Source of the DNA: Candidatus Bathyarchaeota archaeon
GTDB lineage: Archaea; Thermoproteota; Bathyarchaeia; Bathyarchaeales; Bathyarchaeaceae
Assembly: GCA_037386545.1 (NCBI GenBank)
Contig: JARRLY010000006.1
Span: forward strand, 24,773 to 88,772
Direction of reading: 5' to 3'
Length of the DNA stretch: 64,000 bases
Position numbers and translations under genes: made by a program
In this document: positions 47,190-56,486 of the stretch, piece by piece
Layout: each line of letters opens with the position of its first letter
Position numbering within the stretch: position 1 is the first letter of the stretch
The notes under the pieces: generated by a model
What the model saw: the letters and a program-made list of their open reading frames with translations, nothing else
Database searches by the model: none
Told to the model about the DNA's origin: nothing

Positions 47190-47618
47190 TTATTTTCTTC
47201 GTGAAGGTTTACTGTGTCTAGGGGGTCTAGGAGCAAGCCAGTCTATGAGTTTTTTGGGGTCTTCGCAATCAATTTTAACAGTAATCGGGCCTAAGGGAGA
47301 TTCACCGCTTTGTTGACAAAACGAAACGTGTCCAGCATAGGATACTTGCTTGTTAAGATAAAACGTGATTGAAGAGTTAGTAATGGAACTGCGAAGAACT
47401 TTTCGTGCAGCTGCTAGAATCTGTTCCCGTTTCAACAAATTTGACAGCTTAGTTAAGCCTTCGAGTCCAGTAATCCTTGCAGTGAGTAGTTGTCCCCATG
47501 TTTTGTCTTTTACTTGTAAATCTATGGGACCAAACATGTTTTGAACTGCAGTTTTTACTTTTTCTAGCGTTTCTGTATGATTAATTTCAGCTTCAACCCG
47601 AATCTGCACATCAGTCAT
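47190..47618 (-). CDS. UPF0201-family (COG1931) putative RNA-binding protein
   Basis: Size, 'VEAEINHTE' and pairing with a UPF0200-like gene. The assignment is memory-based. Confidence 0.55.
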   Translation of the reverse strand: MTDVQIRVEAEINHTETLEKVKTAVQNMFGPIDLQVKDKTWGQLLTARITGLEGLTKLSNLLKREQILAAARKVLRSSITNSSITFYLNKQVSYAGHVSFCQQSGESPLGPITVKIDCEDPKKLIDWLAPRPPRHSKPSRRK

Positions 47619-48045
47619 CTTTAAGCACCTTGGCAACTAACTGAATAATCTTGTTTTTCAACTGCTTTATACTTCCCTCATTTATTATCATGTAATCAGC
47701 AACAGAAATCACAGACCCCATACCAATCCCAAGTTCTCGAAGGTCACGCTGTATGAAAGTTTCCCAGTTTAGGGGGTCATCGCTTCGTTTTCTGTTAACT
47801 AACCTTTTATACCGCGTTTTGGGCGAAGAATGAATTGCAACTAAAACAAAATCAGGAAAATGTTTTTTGAATTCTTCAACTTCAACTAGACTGCGGATTC
47901 CGTCGATAACCACCATTTTTCCTGTTTTTTGTTTCAAGGTTGGAACACACTGCTTCGCTATGGCTGCTGGACCATCTAATTCTCTTAGATTAAGCATCAC
48001 TTTGCCCAGATTTTCAGGTGTGGCTTTGAGGTTTCGTCTTTTCAT
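47611..48045 (-). CDS. UPF0200 / dephospho-CoA-kinase-like protein, apparently 5'-truncated (no P-loop)
   Basis: 'ENLGKVMLNLRE', 'VVIDGIRS..EV..F' and 'AIHSSPKTRY.RL' match the family. The N-terminal ~35 aa with the GxxGxGKS P-loop is absent, and no P-loop is encoded in any upstream frame. Confidence 0.6.
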   Translation of the reverse strand: MKRRNLKATPENLGKVMLNLRELDGPAAIAKQCVPTLKQKTGKMVVIDGIRSLVEVEEFKKHFPDFVLVAIHSSPKTRYKRLVNRKRSDDPLNWETFIQRDLRELGIGMGSVISVADYMIINEGSIKQLKNKIIQLVAKVLKDD

Positions 48046-48178
48046 ATATGAAAAAGAAATAATTATTAGAAATAATAGATTAGTTCGGAATCAGACTTAA
48101 ATACCAACTATTGAATAAGATTTATTTGTAATATATACCAGAGATATTGTTGGTATTGTTCACGTTTTTTTAAAAAAA

Positions 48179-48300
48179 CCAAAAAGGGGAAAAGCTCAAC
48201 AGAACCTAGAGTCGCAAGGCGCAAATGCGCAAAAATCTAAGGAAAAGGCGTAAACTCGGTTCAGGCGTCAAAAGCGCCTATAGAGTGATTCCCTTTTTGG
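48179..48300. ncRNA. GC-rich ~122-nt element closed by a 12-bp inverted repeat (candidate structured sRNA or MITE-like relic)
   Basis: CCAAAAAGGG(G)AA (48179-48191) pairs with TTCCCTTTTTGG (48289-48300). Internal hairpins GCGC-AAAT-GCGC and AGGCG-TCAAAAG-CGCCT. An AGGCG(C/T) motif occurs three times. Stops in all frames. Confidence 0.3.
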
Positions 48301-48369
48301 GAACCTCAATTACTTGACTGGTTTGTTGAAACAGCACTGTCCAACAGATGAAATTATTAAAACAGCAGT

Positions 48370-48975
48370 ATGAACAATATTATGGACAGTTACGAGAGAT
48401 TTGTTATGTCAGGAACCATCCGAACATTCTTAGCGTTTGACATCGAAGACCAAAAAACACTTCAAAGAATCTCACATGCTCAAAAACGAATATCGAACAG
48501 TGGTGCAAACTTGAAAATAGTTAAACCTCAAAACATTCATGTTACAATCAGATTCTTAGGGGACATACAGCCCTCCATGGTTGATGCTATTCATGAAGAA
48601 ATGAAGCAAATCTCGTTTTCTTCGTTTACCATAGAACTAGAAGGTCTAGGGGCATTTCCCAAACCCAGTTATCCACGAGTTGTCTGGGCAGGAATCAAAA
48701 AAGGCGCAGAAGAACTCAAAGACGTTTTTCAACAACTAGAACCATGTCTCAGAGGACTAGGATTCAAAGCTGACACCAAAGGCTTCAATCCCCATTTGAC
48801 CATAGCTCGGGTGCGGGGTGGAAGAAACAAATTCAGATTAGCAGAAGTAATTCAAGAAATGCTAAATTATGAGTTCGGAACAATCAAAGCAGAATGCCTA
48901 AGGTTAAAAAAGAGCAATTTGACACCTCGAGGTCCAATTTATACGAATATAAGAGAAGTTTGTGCAAAAACGTAA
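48370..48975 (+). CDS. thpR: RNA 2',3'-cyclic phosphodiesterase (ThpR/LigT, 2H family)
   Basis: Two HxT motifs, 'HVTIRFLG' and 'HLTIARV'. Confidence 0.85.
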   Translation: MNNIMDSYERFVMSGTIRTFLAFDIEDQKTLQRISHAQKRISNSGANLKIVKPQNIHVTIRFLGDIQPSMVDAIHEEMKQISFSSFTIELEGLGAFPKPSYPRVVWAGIKKGAEELKDVFQQLEPCLRGLGFKADTKGFNPHLTIARVRGGRNKFRLAEVIQEMLNYEFGTIKAECLRLKKSNLTPRGPIYTNIREVCAKT

Positions 48976-48991
48976 TTGTTTGGTGGTTGTT

Positions 48992-50292
48992 GTGTCTTAT
49001 TCTTTTGAAGAAATCCGATGTCAGGTTCTAAAACGAGTTACCCCCAGCGAAAGCGATTTAAAGATAGCCCAGAGATTGATGTGTTTATGCAGGTTTCTGA
49101 GTCTGTTCCCCGAGAAGAGTTTGGCACAGTTTTATTGGAGGTTGCAAAAGAAGCCACCAAAGATTATGACCAGATAGAAAGATACGCCGAGCACCCTTAC
49201 ATCGAAGCGGTTACGGATGATGGAGTTTACTTGAATGTGGTTCCTTGTTACAAAATAAAACAAGGTAATCTGAAAAGTGCAACAGACAGAACACCGTTCC
49301 ATACAGATTATGTTAAAGCGCATCTTACGGAAAAAATGTCAGAAGAAGTCAGGTTACTTAAACGGTTCATGAAAGGAATCAACACGTATGGTGCAGAAAT
49401 CAAAATTGGAGGCTTTAGCGGATACCTTTGTGAACTTTTGGTTTTAAATTTTGGTTCTTTTCTTGAGGTTTTACGCTCTGTTGCAGACTGGAAACAAAAA
49501 ATAGTCATAGACACCGAAAAACAATACAAACAAACAGAAACTCTCAAGAAAAAATTTGTTGAACCTATAATCGTAGTTGACCCCGTAGACAAACAAAGAA
49601 ACGTGGCAGCCGCTGTAAGACCACAAAAACTAAACGAATTCATTGCAGCATCACGAGAATTCCTAAAAACTCCTGAAATAAAGTTTTTTTATCCACCCAA
49701 AACCAAAGCCCTAACTCAAACTGAACTCCTTGAAACCATACCTGAACGTGGTTCTTGTTTAGTTTTCATAAAGTTTAAAGGAAAAACTACTACTGTTCCT
49801 GACGTTTTATGGGGACAACTTTACAAAAGCCAAAAAGCCATACAAAAAATTATCAAACAAAATGACTTTACAGTTTTGCGGAATGCAGTTTGGAGTAACG
49901 AAAAAAGTTTGAACCTTTTCGTGTTTGAATTAGAAAATCGTTTGATTCCAAACATGAAACTTCAGTTAGGTCCACCTCTTACCAGAAAAGTAGAATGTGA
50001 AAAGTTTTTGCGAAAACATCTAGGTTCAAGTTTGACTGTTTGTGGACCTCGAATAGAAAAAAGCCGCTGGGTGGTAGATGTGAAACGGGATTACATTGAC
50101 GCTGTTGTATTGTTGAAGGCAAAACTGGGTGATGGCGGCAAACGTGAAGGCGTTGCAGATATTGTTGCTAAAGCAACTGGTTCCCTAGAAATATTGATTA
50201 ACAATGAAATTGTGTCATTTTATTGTGCAGATTCTGGTTTTGCAGGCTTTTTGTCCCAGTTTCTTGATGGAAAACCGTTGTGGTTAAGTTAA
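48992..50292 (+). pseudogene. cca: Class I (archaeal) CCA-adding enzyme with an out-of-frame internal deletion near the N-terminus
   Basis: The N-terminal helix 'SYSFEEIRCQVLKRVTPSESDLKIAQ' is in one frame. The body 'EIDVFMQV...AEHPYIE...RTPFHT...GFSGYLCELL...VVDPVD..RNVAA' is in another. The ~30-35 aa that should carry the GS..A..T.L motif are missing at about 49070. Confidence 0.75.
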
Positions 50293-50359
50293 CAAACAAA
50301 AAGAAAATCGTAAACCAGTTTTAAGCATATATAGAACTTGTGAAAAAGATTTAGTTGCT

Positions 50360-50779
50360 ATGATGCTTGAAATAGAACCAATATTAAAGATAGTTTTGGC
50401 ATTTATTTTAGGGGCTTTTGTAGGTTTTGAAAGGGAACTAAGCCGAAAACCTGCAGGACTAAGAACCAACAGCCTTGTCGGGTTAGGAGCAGCCCTGTTT
50501 ACCATTTTATCCAATGAAGCTTTTCCAGGAGGCGACCCATCAAGAATAGCAGCAGCGGTTGTTGTTGGGGTTGGTTTTTTGGGTGCAGGAACAATAGTAA
50601 AAACCCAAGAAAAAGTAAGGGGACTCACAACTGCAGCAACCCTTTGGACCGTTGCATCCATAGGAATTACAGTTGGATCAGGATACTACGCACTAGCTAT
50701 TGTTGCAACTGCCCTTGCATTTGCTGCCCTCAAACTTGACGTAATCGAAAATGCAATCCAAAAACGCAGAGCAAACTAG
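50360..50779 (+). CDS. MgtC/SapB family membrane protein
   Basis: 'GAFVGFERELSRKPAGLRTN.LVGLGAALF'. Confidence 0.8.
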   Translation: MMLEIEPILKIVLAFILGAFVGFERELSRKPAGLRTNSLVGLGAALFTILSNEAFPGGDPSRIAAAVVVGVGFLGAGTIVKTQEKVRGLTTAATLWTVASIGITVGSGYYALAIVATALAFAALKLDVIENAIQKRRAN

Positions 50780-51561
50780 TATGCGTAAAGGTTTCCGTAA
50801 GGACGAGACGAAACTGGAATCAATTTGTTGAATTTGCCATCCATAATTTTTGCGGCATCCATATCGTAATAGCTGCAGAATTCTTCAACTAAGGGTTTTA
50901 AGATATTGTAATCGTCGGTATCAAGTTCTCGGACTGCTACTTCTTCACCCATGTGGCGAACTTCACCCCGGATGTAGATTACTCCGCCGTGCATTCCGGT
51001 TCCGACAAATCGGGCGTCATGAACTTTTTGTTTCATGCCGATGCCTAATACTGCCAAAACTCCGCCTGCCATGTATTCACCCAGAAAGTCTTGGGCAGTT
51101 CCACCGATTACGATGGAGGGGCGTTTTTCCATGTACTCTTTCATGTGAATTCCAACGCGGTAACCTGCACCATCGCGGATGAAAATTTTGCCACCCCGCA
51201 TAGAATTCCCTGCCAAGTCACCCGCTCGTCCATGAACAACAATTTTTCCGTTGTCCATAGTGTTTCCGCAGGCGTCTTGTACATTACCATGAACTGTAAT
51301 GTCTACGCCTTTCATGAAAGAACCCAAGTCGTTTCCTGGGGTTCCATACAGGTCAAGTTTGATATTTCCTTTAAGGTCCGTTCCCAAGTAGCGTTGTCCG
51401 CAGACGTTGTGGACTTGTATGTTTTCTATGCCGTTTTTGTCCAGTTGCCGAAGTAATGTGTTCAGGTCACGGTAATACATTCCAGTGGCATCAATTTTTG
51501 CAACTTTGTTTTTGATGGTTAAACTGCCTGCTGATTCTTTGATTAATTCTTCTAGTGCCAT
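50776..51561 (-). CDS. Glutamate synthase GXGXG-domain subunit (GltB domain 3)
   Basis: Repeated beta-helix motifs 'GTPGNDLGSFMKG', 'GRAGDLAGNSMRGG' and 'GGTAQDFLGEYMAGG'. Confidence 0.85.
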   Translation of the reverse strand: MALEELIKESAGSLTIKNKVAKIDATGMYYRDLNTLLRQLDKNGIENIQVHNVCGQRYLGTDLKGNIKLDLYGTPGNDLGSFMKGVDITVHGNVQDACGNTMDNGKIVVHGRAGDLAGNSMRGGKIFIRDGAGYRVGIHMKEYMEKRPSIVIGGTAQDFLGEYMAGGVLAVLGIGMKQKVHDARFVGTGMHGGVIYIRGEVRHMGEEVAVRELDTDDYNILKPLVEEFCSYYDMDAAKIMDGKFNKLIPVSSRPYGNLYAY

Positions 51562-51565
51562 TGTT

Positions 51566-53077
51566 TTATTCTCCTGCTGCTCTTACTCCGAGAACTTTAA
51601 GTTCTGTATCGGTTAGCCCGACTCCTCGAAGAACCAAGCGGTTTCCACGCACGCTTTCTATGGCGTTTATGCCCATTCCGCCCATCATTTCCATGATTTC
51701 TAGACTCCATCCACGCAAAAGCCCCTTGAGGCGTTGAGCACCAATGTCGGGATTGATTCGTTTGGTCAGCCACAAATCAGTAGTTGCGATTCCCCACGGA
51801 CATTTACCAGTATAGCATTTTTGGCAAACAGTGCAACCTAACGCAACTAGTGCTGCGGTTCCAATGTAACAAGCATCTGCACCTAAGGCTATGGCTTTGA
51901 GTACGTCACCACTGCTTTTGATTCCACCGGCAGCAATAACAGAAGCTTTGTTTCGGATACCTTCCTCACGTAACCGTTGATCAACAGCCGCTAAAGCCAA
52001 CTCAATAGGAATTCCAACGTTGTCTCGGGTTATTCGTGGAGCGGCTCCAGTCCCTCCACGGATACCATCCAAAACTACTGCGTCTGCACCAGCTCGAACA
52101 ATACCACTTGCGATGGCTGCGGCGTTGTGGACTGCTGCAATCTTTACGAAAACTGGTTTTGTATAATCGACGGCTTCTTTTAGGGCAAAGATTAGTTGAC
52201 GTAGGTCTTCGATGGAATAAATGTCATGCTGAGGCGCAGGAGAAAGTGCATCTGTTCCCATTGGTATCATACGGGTTTTGGAGATTTCGGCGCTCACTTT
52301 TTCTCCTGGAAGGTGACCACCAATTCCGGGTTTTGCTCCTTGTCCGATTTTGATTTCTACTGCTGCGCCTGCGTTCAAGTATTCAGAGTGAACTCCGAAA
52401 CGTCCAGAAGCAACTTGCACGATAACGTGGTCGCTGTATTTGTATAGACTTTTTTCTAGTCCACCTTCTCCGGTGTTGTAGTATGTACCATATTCGCTGG
52501 CTGCACGGGCTAAAGATTTGTGAACGTTAAGACTAACGGACCCATACGACATGGCAGAGAACATGATGGGCGTCTCTAGGATAAGCTGGGGAGAGAGCTT
52601 AGTTTTCAATTCCATGTCGCCGTTGTTAAAATCTAGGTCTAGCTTTTCAGGTTTAGAACCAATGTACGTTCGAAGTTCCATAGGTTCCCTAAGAGGGTCA
52701 ATAGACGGGTTTGTGACTTGGCTTGCATTTATCAAAAGCCGGTCCCAGTAGGTAAGCTCGGGTTTGTCACAACCCATTCCAGTAAGGACTACTCCTCCTG
52801 TTTCGGCTTGTTTTTTGATGCCAATTAGAGCCTCTTGACTCCAGTTAGCATTATTTCTGTAAACGTTGGGATTTTTCTTGATAGTAATAGCGTTAGTTGG
52901 ACAAAATGTTGCACAACGCTGGCAGTTTACACAATTTTCACTTTTGCTAGTCATGCAGTCGTCTTCTTCGTCGTAGCAGTGGGTTTCGTAGCTGCATTGG
53001 TTGACACAAACTTTACAGCGGATGCAACGATTGGGGTCGCGTTCGATTATGTATTCTGGAATTACGTAACTTTTCAT
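51566..53077 (-). CDS. Glutamate synthase FMN-binding subunit with N-terminal 2x[4Fe-4S] ferredoxin domain (GltB domain 2)
   Basis: 'CIRCKVCVNQC' and 'CVNCQRCATFCP', then 'GEGG', 'KIGQGAKPGIGGHLPG', 'DGIRGGTGAAP' and 'GGIKSSGDV'. Start moved to MKSYVIPE..., which has a GGAG-like RBS. Confidence 0.9.
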   Translation of the reverse strand: MKSYVIPEYIIERDPNRCIRCKVCVNQCSYETHCYDEEDDCMTSKSENCVNCQRCATFCPTNAITIKKNPNVYRNNANWSQEALIGIKKQAETGGVVLTGMGCDKPELTYWDRLLINASQVTNPSIDPLREPMELRTYIGSKPEKLDLDFNNGDMELKTKLSPQLILETPIMFSAMSYGSVSLNVHKSLARAASEYGTYYNTGEGGLEKSLYKYSDHVIVQVASGRFGVHSEYLNAGAAVEIKIGQGAKPGIGGHLPGEKVSAEISKTRMIPMGTDALSPAPQHDIYSIEDLRQLIFALKEAVDYTKPVFVKIAAVHNAAAIASGIVRAGADAVVLDGIRGGTGAAPRITRDNVGIPIELALAAVDQRLREEGIRNKASVIAAGGIKSSGDVLKAIALGADACYIGTAALVALGCTVCQKCYTGKCPWGIATTDLWLTKRINPDIGAQRLKGLLRGWSLEIMEMMGGMGINAIESVRGNRLVLRGVGLTDTELKVLGVRAAGE

Positions 53078-53088
53078 GGTCTTTTCTC

Positions 53089-54222
53089 CTAGGCAATGGC
53101 CTCCACAGTTTTTTTGGTTTGTAGTCTGCCGATTACGGGTTCTCCACCTCGGGGGCTCCAAACGGTGTCTAATTCGGGTGAAATTAGCCGAATGGCTGCT
53201 TCTTCTGAGGACAAAAACAAAACATCACCTTTTGTTGCAGCAGTAAGGGGACGAAGCTTGATTCTGTCAGTTAGTCCAATCATTTCGCCCTCATGAGCAA
53301 CAATAATTGTAAAGGGTCCGTTCATCAACAAACCGCCATATGTTTGGCGTAGAGCGCTCATGGCTTGTTGGGTTTGGGGTTTCATTGTTTTTATTTCAGA
53401 CCACAAAGGGGGTGCAAGTATTTTGGTAACTGCTTTTATTGGCAGTTTTTGGCGCCGCATTAGAAGGTCAAAGGCATATGCTAGGACTTCGGTGTCTGTT
53501 TGCATGGTGCATTTGTATCCGAACATTTCCAAGTAACGTTTGTTGATTCCATACGAAGAAATTTCGCCGTTATGGACAACAGTCCAGTCTAGCATACTAA
53601 ATGGATGGGCTCCTCCCCACCAGCCTTGGGTGTTTGTTGGGAAACGTCCGTGAACTGTCCACAGGTATCCTTTGTAATCTTCTAAACAGAAGTATTCCCC
53701 CACGTCTTCAGGGAAACCTACTCCTTTGAAAACTCCCATATTTTTTCCGCTAGAAAACACGAAAGCCTTACCGGTTTCGCTGTTTATGCGAGTGACAATT
53801 TTCATGACGTAATCGTCTGGACTCATGCCTTGAAGTTTAGCAGCCTTAGGCTGAACAAAGTACCTCCACATTAGGGGGGGATCGGTGACTTTGGCTTCTT
53901 GGGTAGGCATTTCTTCGTCATTGATTATATCAAAGACTTCGTTTAACAGGCGATCAGTTTCTAGTTTGGCGTCAGTGCTAAGGTACATTATCTGGAAAGC
54001 GTAATCGTCTTTGTAGTCGGGATAGATTCCATATGCTGAAAAGCCGCCGCCTAAACCGTTTCCACGATCATGCATGTTGGCAATTGCTCGCATGGGGTCT
54101 TTAGCGGAGAATCTTTGGCCTTTGAGGTTCATCATCCCGAATATGGAACAGGCATCAAAGACTTTCTCGTCGCCGTGAGGGTTGTTAACTTTACTGAGGT
54201 TTTTCATGTTAATGCACCACAA
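53089..54222 (-). CDS. Glutamate synthase glutamine amidotransferase subunit (class II/Ntn, GltB domain 1)
   Basis: 'DACSIFG' nucleophile region, 'HDRGNGLGGGF' and 'HGRFPTNT'. An alternative start at 54207 is possible. Confidence 0.85.
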   Translation of the reverse strand: MWCINMKNLSKVNNPHGDEKVFDACSIFGMMNLKGQRFSAKDPMRAIANMHDRGNGLGGGFSAYGIYPDYKDDYAFQIMYLSTDAKLETDRLLNEVFDIINDEEMPTQEAKVTDPPLMWRYFVQPKAAKLQGMSPDDYVMKIVTRINSETGKAFVFSSGKNMGVFKGVGFPEDVGEYFCLEDYKGYLWTVHGRFPTNTQGWWGGAHPFSMLDWTVVHNGEISSYGINKRYLEMFGYKCTMQTDTEVLAYAFDLLMRRQKLPIKAVTKILAPPLWSEIKTMKPQTQQAMSALRQTYGGLLMNGPFTIIVAHEGEMIGLTDRIKLRPLTAATKGDVLFLSSEEAAIRLISPELDTVWSPRGGEPVIGRLQTKKTVEAIA

Positions 54223-55483
54223 ACATTTCTTTTCTTAAAGATTCAGGCAAACTAATTATACCAAACTCTTTGGAAAGAAGTTTTTCCTTAACTTCAGCTA
54301 CGTTTACATGGTTTTTAATTAATCGGAACAGTATACCTGCTTTTTCGACTTCACCTAAGAAGATGAAGCCCACAATAACATCATCTTTAAGGACAATTTT
54401 CTTGTAAGCTGGTTTTTCAGGTTGAACATCAACCAGTATTTCATAGTCATTACTGTCCTCGGGGTTAATTTTGCCCACAGAAATGATTGGTAATCGGAAG
54501 TAGTTCATGGAACTCATTACGGTGCCGCCTTCATATTCAGTTTTTTGTCCCGCCATGTTGTACCCTGCTACCCGTCCACCAACATGAGCTAAAGGCCACA
54601 AAGGCAAACGGCGGTTTTCTTTGACCAGAAAGTCGTGAGCCTCTGTTGCGTCACCGCATGCGTAAACATCTGGGATTTTGGTTTGCATGAAACGGTCTAC
54701 AATTATTCCTTTTTTAACTTCTACCTTTGAATTTTCTACTAATTCTACTCGTGGGTTAACTCCAACGGCCAAAACAACCAAATCACAAGAAATTACTGTG
54801 TCATCTTGAAGAAGAACGCCGTCCACTTCGTTGGGGTTTCCTTGTTTTCCCAGTATTTGTTTGACTGTTTGACCCAAAACCAACTTTGTTCCCGTAGCTT
54901 TGATTACTTTTTCTGCAAGATGAGATGCTTTTTCATCCAAAACAACATGAATCAATCTTTTGTTAACTTCGACCAATGTTACTTTTATTCCACGTTTCAC
55001 CAGTGCGTCTGCTACACTCACTCCGATAAGGCCGCCACCAAGAACCACAGCAGATTTTGCGTGTAGCAGTTTAGAATTTATGCCTTCTGCACTAGCAAGT
55101 TCGGTGAAAGTAAAAACTCCATCTTTTGTTACTCCATCCATTTTGGGAACAACGGGTCTGCCTCCGGTGGCAAGTAGCAGTTTTTCGTAATCTAGTTTTT
55201 GTCCATCGTCAAGTTCCACAATTTTTTTGTCAAAATCTACTTTCACTGCTGTTTTTCCGGTATAGGCGTGAACGTTATGTTTTTTCCAGAACTGCTCACT
55301 ACGGTATTTCATAGTAGCAAGAGTGGCTTCTTGACTGACGTACTCAGAAATCATGGGACGGGAGTACTGAGGAAAAGCTTCTTCAGAAACTACTGCTAAT
55401 GTTCCTGTTGAGTCTACTTCGCGGATTGCTTCAACTGCTCCAACACCGCCTGCGGAACCTCCAATAATCAGGTATTTTACCAT
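54209..55483 (-). CDS. FAD-dependent pyridine nucleotide-disulfide oxidoreductase family protein (putative electron-input subunit)
   Basis: 'IIGGSAGGVGA' and 'VLGGGLIGVSVA' dinucleotide folds, plus 'ACGD'. Confidence 0.8.
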   Translation of the reverse strand: MVKYLIIGGSAGGVGAVEAIREVDSTGTLAVVSEEAFPQYSRPMISEYVSQEATLATMKYRSEQFWKKHNVHAYTGKTAVKVDFDKKIVELDDGQKLDYEKLLLATGGRPVVPKMDGVTKDGVFTFTELASAEGINSKLLHAKSAVVLGGGLIGVSVADALVKRGIKVTLVEVNKRLIHVVLDEKASHLAEKVIKATGTKLVLGQTVKQILGKQGNPNEVDGVLLQDDTVISCDLVVLAVGVNPRVELVENSKVEVKKGIIVDRFMQTKIPDVYACGDATEAHDFLVKENRRLPLWPLAHVGGRVAGYNMAGQKTEYEGGTVMSSMNYFRLPIISVGKINPEDSNDYEILVDVQPEKPAYKKIVLKDDVIVGFIFLGEVEKAGILFRLIKNHVNVAEVKEKLLSKEFGIISLPESLRKEMFVVH

Positions 55484-55926
55484 TATTCGTCCACCTCTTC
55501 ACAAACTAGAGCATCGTTAGGACAGTTAGCTACACATGCAGGAACATCCAAATGTGGACAAAGGTCACATTTTGCAACTATTTTTCCTGAAGAATCAGGT
55601 TTCACTGCACCATAGGGGCAAACCATAACACAAGTCCAACAACCCATGCACTTTTCGGGGTCATGAGTAACCAGACCAGTTTCTTTGTCTAGGGTCATGG
55701 CTCCAGCAAGACAAGCGTATACACATGGTTTATCCTTGCAGTGTTGGCACCTAATTGATATGGAAACGGGTTTGTTAGTTTCTACACGAATTCTGCTAAC
55801 TGGTTTTGGGTCTTCTTTCAGGTAAGCTTTAATGACGTCCTTGCTTTTTGAGTGTTCTAACGTACAGTAAACTTGACAGAGTCCGCAACCTATGCATGCG
55901 TCTTCGTTTATTGATATTTTTCTCAT
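55483..55926 (-). CDS. 4Fe-4S ferredoxin-domain protein
   Basis: 'CIGCGLCQVYC' and 'CMGCWTCVMVCP', plus additional Cys clusters. Its stop overlaps the next gene's start by 1 nt. Confidence 0.8.
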   Translation of the reverse strand: MRKISINEDACIGCGLCQVYCTLEHSKSKDVIKAYLKEDPKPVSRIRVETNKPVSISIRCQHCKDKPCVYACLAGAMTLDKETGLVTHDPEKCMGCWTCVMVCPYGAVKPDSSGKIVAKCDLCPHLDVPACVANCPNDALVCEEVDE

Positions 55927-56037
55927 GTTGTTTTACCTCTCTCCCAATTCAATCATAGGCATACGGCAACCTATTGCCGATATGGCAGAAAATTGTACAC
56001 AAGTTTATAAATATTACTGAATGAACATTCAGATTAT

Positions 56038-56253
56038 ATGACATGCTACTTTAGACACTTGAATGTTTTTTTCGAGAAGGCAGGAATAACAGTCACAAAA
56101 GAAAACAAAAAAGACATTGACAAAGCCGTTCACAGCATCGTTGGAGTAGAATACAAGAATTGTTCTGTAACATGGAAAGAGGTAAAGAAAAAAATTGCAG
56201 AAAACGAAGAAAACTTCGTGAAAAAACTCAAAAATGAACTAGTAAAAAGCTAG
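56038..56253 (+). CDS. Hypothetical small protein
   Basis: ORF track only. Lys/Glu-rich. Confidence 0.35.
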   Translation: MTCYFRHLNVFFEKAGITVTKENKKDIDKAVHSIVGVEYKNCSVTWKEVKKKIAENEENFVKKLKNELVKS

Positions 56254-56285
56254 CAAACAAAGCGGTAACACACAACTACTGGACT

Positions 56286-56486
56286 TCATTGACGAAAATA
56301 CAATGAAATACGAGCACCACAACTTTTGCAACGCAGGCCACTGTCGCCTAAGTTTCCTAGCCGGTAAGGCGTGTGTTTTGCACAACGAGAACATTTTGCA
56401 AATCTAAGTTGCATTCTGTCTTTTGTTGTTATGGCAGTGTGCAATGCATCAAAGATGTTTATTCGTTTAATCGCTGCCTCGGTCAT
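56286..56486 (-). CDS. Small zinc-ribbon protein co-transcribed with PadR
   Basis: 'CSRC....CKSCG'. It overlaps the upstream PadR gene by 4 nt. Confidence 0.45.
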   Translation of the reverse strand: MTEAAIKRINIFDALHTAITTKDRMQLRFAKCSRCAKHTPYRLGNLGDSGLRCKSCGARISLYFRQ

